A stretch of 20,000 nucleotides of DNA from an uncultured virus (IMG/VR IMGVR_UViG_3300009432_000684) (Duplodnaviria > Heunggongvirae > Uroviricota > Caudoviricetes): the IMG/VR virus record IMGVR_UViG_3300009432_000684. One strand, given 5' to 3'. This document shows, one piece after another, positions 16,401 through 20,000 of this stretch. Within the stretch, counting starts at the first letter, position 1. Every line of letters begins with the position of its first letter. Both the position numbers and the translations under genes were made by a program. The notes below the pieces were generated by a model. It ran no database searches and had not been told where the DNA came from. It saw only the letters and a list, made by a program, of their open reading frames with translations.

Positions 16401-16946
16401 GGCTTCTTTGGTGCAGACACCCCGTTTGATCAAGTAAAAGATTTTGGTGATATGGATCTTAACTCTGCAAAGGTTAAAATAAATGCAGAAGCTATGGTAT
16501 CGTTTGGTAACGCAATGTCTTCACTTCCAACTGGAATGGGAGAAATAACCTTACACAAGCACTTTGCTAGTAGAATGCAAGACTTAGGCGAGACTAACCC
16601 AGACGGAATAAAAGCTGTAGGCGTAGCATTAGCAAGTCTTGGATCTGCTCCTGGACTAGAATCAAGCTTAAAAACATTAAAATCTGCATTAGATGCTGAT
16701 GCAGCTGACGATTATAAAGATTCTATTGTAGAACTAAAGGATGAATTCAAAAAATTAAACGATGAAATGGCTAAGTCAAACAAACTTGCCAACACTCGTG
16801 CTGGCAGAGCTGCCAGCAAGGCGGCCTCAGAAAGCTCAGATCAGTTAAATACTACGATGACAAACATACAGACTATTTTGTTAGAACTGAGTTCTGATGC
16901 AAAGGATACTCGAAAGTTTACTAAGCAACTTGCTGATGAAGTATAG
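13485..16946 (+). CDS. Tape measure protein (T4 gp29-like position)
   Basis: 1153 aa, A/G-rich helical character, hydrophobic segments, Gly-rich linker, internal ~58-aa repeats; adjacent to the gp26/gp51 chaperones. GTG start with weak RBS. Confidence 0.75.
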   Translation: MAEQTEISNVGGDGVASEVTLLRLVSTIEAWAKKSGVDPKAEAAKLQKLHNEAVKSGITTFDDTRTGLNKFGKSTGKATTSLNKFSRAAMGATLGALSQVAGALKGIGNELLQGGDNVGDFTKHIPLLGSALAPLAGLIDNSVESYRQLSSVGGNLGNSITGVRKAAAAMEMNMDEYSSFIVGNSEALRMLGGTVGQGQERFKRMNENIKKSGDFSSLKNLGFTVTEVNEGMADYIQLQRNLGTLEKKTDEELAAGSADYLKQIDMLARVTGMTRKEAEASLASQATEAGLRGMLNAFRNADGTLSEGGKNLQISMGLLDKVGGVAGDAMKDMIDGTMNHEATGKFLAALGDGGPAVQEALKQIGQGADPQVLLDAFKTAGGSLEEFAKIDTGDKIADAQSRRAFIESIRQSQPEVAAALDAAVQMKELGGMNLKQAKEDQKKADATTKSMTTFEDSIKGLRGTIQTALMDSGLFEMLGTAMGELGDLFASPEMKESIQDIAKVIKTTIGEWMAVFKEGGLKAVWDKAIGGLKDMLGDIFSSMFSSGTVIKGLVIAVGALFAAKLVKNALSKSLGGIGKSLGFGGNPATSGKTLPMGGGGGGGMGGGGKAGGGGGLGKSIGGIGKGIGKGLGGILKGLAGGISAFANPAVVLGAAALGAAIVLIGGAIAGAVWMVGKSLPTMADGMQSFEQLDGAKLISAGKGMGAIALGMAAFGAGSAISGLGSLVGGIAGGIGKLFGADDPLSKMEEFSNANIDGAKVKTNAEALTAFSTAMSAASSASNAGLSDIAGAIAGGIAGFFGATDPVDQLKKFGDAVIDTKKVELNAAAMIAFSTAMATATKPPEGVTSAIGSAIAGFFGATNPVEQLKLFGDTKINSAQVATNAGAMIAFNTAMSGAVTIDQTISGAIGGAINTLMANSPIDQLVKFAAVAIDGVAVKSNAESMIAFGTAMSAMPGKMPGDGAFASFGKAIAGFFGADTPFDQVKDFGDMDLNSAKVKINAEAMVSFGNAMSSLPTGMGEITLHKHFASRMQDLGETNPDGIKAVGVALASLGSAPGLESSLKTLKSALDADAADDYKDSIVELKDEFKKLNDEMAKSNKLANTRAGRAASKAASESSDQLNTTMTNIQTILLELSSDAKDTRKFTKQLADEV

Positions 16947-16964
16947 TACGGAGAAAAATAAAAG

Positions 16965-18716
16965 ATGAGCTGGAAAAAATACTTTACACCTGTTCCAACA
17001 GGCGATAATCAAAACGGTAGTTACAGCCCATTCACTGCTCGTAACAGTGGCAACCTTGCAGGCCCTGCAAAAACAAATTATTCTAGCTACTTGCCAGATG
17101 TATATGTTGGCAGTCCAAACAGAGTTGAGCGTTATAGCCAATATAACACTATGGACCAAGACAGTGAAGTTAATGCTGCACTTGACATCCTTGCTGAGTT
17201 TTGTTCGCAGAAAAATAAGTCTAACAATACACCTTTCCTTGTTGAATATAAAAATAAAGCAACCAACAGTGAAATAAACATTATTGGACAGTACTTACAG
17301 CAATGGAATAAACTACAACACTTTGAAACAAAGATTTTTAGAATACTTCGTAACGTATTTAAATATGGAGATCAGTTTTTTGTAAGAGATCCAGAAACTA
17401 AACGCTGGTTTCATGTTGATCCAGCAAACGTAACACGTATTATTGTAAACGAAAGCGAAGGCAAAACTCCTGAGCAGTATGTTATTAAGAATGTAAACTT
17501 TAATTTTAAAGACGGTATTGCTACTACTCCGTATAACACAAACGGAAACATTGGAAACGCAGGAACTAATCCAGGAAGCACACTAACTGGCGGCCGTGGA
17601 CAAGTAGGACAGCCTAATGCATCAGCTAGCGGAAGTAGATTTACTACTGACGATGGTGAGATGACAGTAGATGCAAAAGATGTAGTGCATTTAAGTTTAT
17701 CAGAAGGATTAGACAACAACTATCCGTTTGGTAATAGCTTACTTGAAACTATCTTTAAAGTATACAAGCAAAAAGAATTATTAGAAGATGCTATTATTAT
17801 TTACAGAGTACAACGTGCTCCAGAAAGAAGAGTATTCTATGTTGATGTGGGTAATATGCCATCTCACCTTGCTATGCAATTTGTAGAGCGTGTTAAGACG
17901 GAAATTCATCAAAGACGAATTCCATCGCAGACTGGGGGCGGAACTAATGTCATAGACAGTTCATACAATCCTTTGTCAATCAACGAAGATTACTTCTTTC
18001 CACAAACTGCTGAAGGGCGTGGATCAAAAGTTGAAACATTACCAGGCGGTACTAACCTTGGAGAAATTGATGACCTTAGATATTTTACTAATAAGCTCGT
18101 ACGTGGTTTACGAATCCCTAGCAGCTATCTACCAACCGGGGCTGACGACAGTGCTGCTCAATACAATGATGGAAGAGTCGGAACAGCCTATATACAAGAA
18201 TTAAGATTTAATACATATTGTGAAAGGCTACAAAACTTAGTTGTTGAAGAGTTTGATCAAGAGTTTAAACGATATATCCTTGAAAGAGGAATTAATATCG
18301 ACACAGCAATGTTTGATCTTAAATTCCAACCACCACAGAACTTTGCAAGCTATAGACAAGCTGAAATAGATAATGCTCGTGTACCAACATACACACAAAT
18401 GGCAGCTATTCCTTACATGTCAAATAGATTTGCACTTAAACGTTTCTTAGGTATGAGTGACGAGGAAGTTGCAGAGAATGAACGTATGTGGCGAGAAGAA
18501 AATGAAGAGAACTTAGAGCCTATTCCAGGTGAAGCATCAACTGAAATGAGAGATGCTGGTATTAGTCCATCAACAATTGGTGGCGATCTCGGCGGCATGG
18601 AAGACGAAGTTGAAGGCGATGGCGAAATGCCAGTAGACGGTGGCGAAGGTGCATCACCGGATACAGTTACAGGCGCTGAATTAGGTGCGGCACCGGCAAC
18701 GGACCAAACGGTATAA
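16965..18716 (+). CDS. gp20: Portal vertex protein
   Basis: LEDAIIIYRVQRAPERRVFYVDVGNMP, EDYFFP, GRGSKVETLPGGTNLGEIDDLRYF, IQELRF are hallmark T4 gp20 motifs; GGAGA RBS at 16950-16954. Confidence 0.95.
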   Translation: MSWKKYFTPVPTGDNQNGSYSPFTARNSGNLAGPAKTNYSSYLPDVYVGSPNRVERYSQYNTMDQDSEVNAALDILAEFCSQKNKSNNTPFLVEYKNKATNSEINIIGQYLQQWNKLQHFETKIFRILRNVFKYGDQFFVRDPETKRWFHVDPANVTRIIVNESEGKTPEQYVIKNVNFNFKDGIATTPYNTNGNIGNAGTNPGSTLTGGRGQVGQPNASASGSRFTTDDGEMTVDAKDVVHLSLSEGLDNNYPFGNSLLETIFKVYKQKELLEDAIIIYRVQRAPERRVFYVDVGNMPSHLAMQFVERVKTEIHQRRIPSQTGGGTNVIDSSYNPLSINEDYFFPQTAEGRGSKVETLPGGTNLGEIDDLRYFTNKLVRGLRIPSSYLPTGADDSAAQYNDGRVGTAYIQELRFNTYCERLQNLVVEEFDQEFKRYILERGINIDTAMFDLKFQPPQNFASYRQAEIDNARVPTYTQMAAIPYMSNRFALKRFLGMSDEEVAENERMWREENEENLEPIPGEASTEMRDAGISPSTIGGDLGGMEDEVEGDGEMPVDGGEGASPDTVTGAELGAAPATDQTV

Positions 18717-18719
18717 ATA
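18712..18719 (+). promoter_or_regulatory. T4 late promoter TATAAATA overlapping the portal stop codon
   Basis: Exact consensus; ATG 18725 lies 5 nt downstream with no RBS. Confidence 0.75.
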
Positions 18720-18724
18720 ACAGT

Positions 18725-18967
18725 ATGATACTACGAGAATTATTTTATTTTGATAAAGAGTCTGTTGAGGCAGTAGACGATAAACGCTACGAGCCGGAGT
18801 ATGACGATTCACCTATGAAAAAGAGCGACACACGTAAGACTCGTTTAAAACTGTTTCAAATTAACAGGTTACGTAAATCATCTGAACTACATACAGAGGA
18901 AAAGCAAAAAGAACTTGAGTTCGTTAAGCAAATGTATGGTATTGCAGCTAACGCAGAAGCTGTATAA
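18725..18967 (+). CDS. Small hypothetical protein in the head module
   Basis: 80 aa, MILRELF..., acidic N-half and basic TRKTRLKLFQINRLRK; follows the portal and a late promoter. Confidence 0.7.
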   Translation: MILRELFYFDKESVEAVDDKRYEPEYDDSPMKKSDTRKTRLKLFQINRLRKSSELHTEEKQKELEFVKQMYGIAANAEAV

Positions 18968-18975
18968 AGAGATGA

Positions 18976-19677
18976 ATGAAAAAATATATTCCTGGTGAAA
19001 CTAAAGCACAGCGTAAAGTCCGCAAAAATCTAAACAAAAACCCTAACACAACAAAACAAACTACTGTAGAGACAGTTAAGACTGTAACTAATCAACATAA
19101 CATTGCATTTGTAATTGGCAATGGTACCAGTAGAAATCCAATAAGCTTAGAAAGTTTACGACCATTAGGCGAAATATACGGATGTAATGCTGTATACAGG
19201 GATTTTATGCCTGATCATCTTGTAGCAGTTGATACAAAAATGGTTCTTGAAATTAACAAGGCAGGAATACAACATCGTGTTCCTACATGGACTAATCCTA
19301 ATCGTGCATACAATGAAATGACAGGATTTAACTTCTTTCAACCATCAAAAGGTTGGAGTAGCGGCCCTACAGCACTATGGTTAGCATCTGATACAACAAA
19401 ATATGATACTATCTATATTTTAGGATTTGATTACGAAGGAACAGGTACATTAGTAAATAATATTTACGCAGGCACACAAAACTATAAGGCACCAACAGAA
19501 AAAGCAACGTATTATGGCAATTGGCTCAAGCAGACCATAATTACTTGCCAGAATAATCCAGAAAAGAGATATATAAGAGTAGTAGGAGACAGTTTTATTA
19601 CTCCTCCGGAGTTATTGAAACTAGAAAATATCGAGAATATGTATGTTAAGGATTTTAAAAATTCCTTTAATATCTGA
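18976..19677 (+). CDS. DUF115/Maf-like (CstII-fold) putative glycosyltransferase
   Basis: AFVIGNGTSR, YGCNAVY, PDHLVAVD, SSGPTAL, IYILGFD follow the GNGPS...N...D...S...IYLxGxD pattern of this fold. Confidence 0.65.
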   Translation: MKKYIPGETKAQRKVRKNLNKNPNTTKQTTVETVKTVTNQHNIAFVIGNGTSRNPISLESLRPLGEIYGCNAVYRDFMPDHLVAVDTKMVLEINKAGIQHRVPTWTNPNRAYNEMTGFNFFQPSKGWSSGPTALWLASDTTKYDTIYILGFDYEGTGTLVNNIYAGTQNYKAPTEKATYYGNWLKQTIITCQNNPEKRYIRVVGDSFITPPELLKLENIENMYVKDFKNSFNI

Positions 19678-19735
19678 CAAAATATTGAAATGGTTCGTTT
19701 TGAGCCTATAACTACGTGCTTTTCTGTGAATAGAG

Positions 19736-19741
19736 TAAATA
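19736..19741 (+). promoter_or_regulatory. Late-promoter core TAAATA upstream of the acidic head gene
   Basis: AGTAAATA, followed by leader hairpin CATACC-caatc-GGTATG (19755-19771) and AGGAGA RBS (19787-19792). Confidence 0.5.
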
Positions 19742-19798
19742 TATTATGACAGCCCATACCCAATCGGTATGTACAATACATTTAATAGGAGAGTAAAA

Positions 19799-20000
19799 AT
19801 GGCAGATCGCAATAAATTTGAACATATGCTAGAATTGCTTGTCAATGAAGACAAGGAAGCAGCAGAAAAATTATTCCACGAGATTGTGGTAGAAAAATCC
19901 AGAGATATCTATGAAGGTCTTTTAGAAGACGACAAAGATGTTGATGAAGCATCAGACGAAGAAGTTGAAGAAGCTTCTAAAGATGATGACGAAGATGAAG
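19799..20000 (+). CDS. Acidic prohead core/scaffold-like protein, truncated at the right edge
   Basis: Not in the ORF track. Translates MADRNKFEHMLELLVNEDKEAAEKLFHEIVVEKSRDIYEGLLEDDKDVDEASDEEVEEASKDDDEDE; strong RBS; sits downstream of the portal where T4 has gp67/gp68. Confidence 0.65.
   Translation, partial: MADRNKFEHMLELLVNEDKEAAEKLFHEIVVEKSRDIYEGLLEDDKDVDEASDEEVEEASKDDDEDE

Noticed and set aside
12512..19781. Shadow ORFs within gp26, tape measure, portal and glycosyltransferase, e.g. the Pro-rich 14978-15595
   Set aside because: Antisense or off-frame to well-supported genes; the poly-Pro is the reverse complement of the Gly-rich linker.
1..20000. Stop-codon recoding as seen in some large phages
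   Set aside because: Long conserved genes are intact in the standard code, and TAA, TAG and TGA all occur as stops at sensible gene ends.

Overview
A 20-kb, AT-rich, densely coding segment of a large T4-like (contractile-tailed) bacteriophage genome in the standard genetic code. From left to right: (1) a minus-strand baseplate operon with a >1,090-aa gp27-like hub running off the left edge (missing from the ORF track), a gp53/LysM-like wedge protein and a gp48/54-like tube initiator; (2) a divergent plus-strand block of late sigma factor gp55, gp47/gp46 (Mre11/Rad50-like), a small Hc1-like protein and a stand-alone GIY-YIG nuclease; (3) a ~560-nt ORF-free region packed with helices, a candidate large structured ncRNA followed by a hairpin cluster; (4) two 'MKINE' probable head/ejection proteins; (5) a minus-strand gp26-gp51 pair joined by a candidate -1 programmed frameshift; (6) tape measure, portal gp20, a small protein, a DUF115/Maf-like glycosyltransferase and the start of an acidic prohead-core-like gene. 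Two perfect sigma70 promoters and several TATAAATA/TAARTA late promoters are visible. The best leads are the GIY-YIG + structured RNA module (8552-9510) and the gp26/gp51 frameshift (12507-12552). All family assignments are from motifs recognised by eye; no searches or folding programs were run.
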